This document shows positions 63,305 to 64,000 of a DNA stretch of 64,000 bases, piece by piece. The notes under the pieces were generated by a model. It worked only from the letters and a program-made list of their open reading frames with translations, searched no databases and was not told where the DNA came from. The translations under genes were made by a program, and so were the position numbers. The stretch comes from Octopus sinensis. Lineage: Eukaryota. The DNA is taken from positions 19,096,001 to 19,160,000 of the forward strand of contig NC_043007.1 of NCBI RefSeq assembly GCF_006345805.1, written 5' to 3'. Positions within the stretch are counted from its first letter, which is position 1, and each line of letters starts with the position of its first letter.

Positions 63305-64000
63305 TTTGTTGTAGTGTTGTGGTAGTTGTGCCGGTAGTGTGATTGTGGTTGTGGTAGTTGTGTGGTTGCTGTTATGGTAGTTGTGACGGTAGCATGATTG
63401 CTGTTGTGGTAGTTGTGACAGTGGTGTGATTGCTGTTGTGGTAGTTGTGACGGTGGTGTGATTGTGTTGTGGTAGTTGTGACGGTGGTGTGATTGCTGTT
63501 GTGGTAGTTGTGACGGTGGTGTGATTGCTGTTGTGGTAGTTGTGACGGTAGTGTGATTACTGTTGTGGTAGTTGTGATGGTGGTGTGATTACTGTTGTGG
63601 TAGTTGTGACGGTAGTGTTATTGTGGTTGTGGTAGTTGTGACGGTAGTGTGATTACTGTTGTGGTAGTTGTGATGGTAGTGTGATTGTGGTAGTGGTAGT
63701 TGTGACGGTAGTGTGATTACTGTTGTGGTAGTTGTGACGGTAGTGTGATTGTGGTAGTTGTGACGGTAGTGTGATTACTGTTGTGGTAGTTGTGATGGTA
63801 GTGTGATTGTGGTTGTGGTAGTTGTGACGGTAGTGTGATTGTGGTTGTGGTAGTTGTGACGGTAGTGTGGTTGCTGTTGTGGTAGTTGTGACGGTAGTGT
63901 GATTGCTGTTGTGGTAGTCGTGACGGTGGTGTGATTGCTGTTGTGGTAGTTGTGACGGTAGCATGATTGCTGTTGTGGTAGTTGTGACGGTAGTGTGATT
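63305..64000. repeat. About 33-bp GT-rich minisatellite running off the window
   Basis: Unit GTTGTGGTAGTTGTGACGGTAGTGTGATT(A/G)CT, repeated about 20 times. Confidence 0.92.

Overview
AT-rich, microsatellite- and repeat-saturated animal genomic DNA. The repeat landscape resembles an octopus/cephalopod genome; this is an inference, not a database result. Only one credible protein-coding gene is present: a single-exon SOCS2/CIS-like gene (SH2 + SOCS box) at 16684-17328 (-), with a tandem pair of STAT-type GAS sites about 2.1 kb upstream. Nearly all other ORFs in the track are microsatellite or repeat artefacts. The rest is tRNA-derived SINEs of several modular families, CR1 and RTE LINE fragments, MITEs (Tc2/pogo, Tigger, hAT, piggyBac, MULE/Merlin-like), a Helitron-like element, and many short fold-back fragments carrying minimal type I hammerhead ribozyme motifs of the kind known from Penelope-like elements (PLEs). 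Four signals stand out. (1) A tRNA-headed element ends in a hammerhead module and inserts as PLE-style inverted pairs. (2) A tail-less SINE targets GGTAT and builds one-head/many-body concatemers with a 184-bp period. (3) Several unrelated hammerhead families occur, including an intact canonical one and a U3-A8 covariant. (4) A MITE retains a transposase C-terminus ending in an acidic FxGF motif. Repeat boundaries were read by eye and are approximate unless target-site duplications (TSDs) or terminal inverted repeats (TIRs) are quoted.
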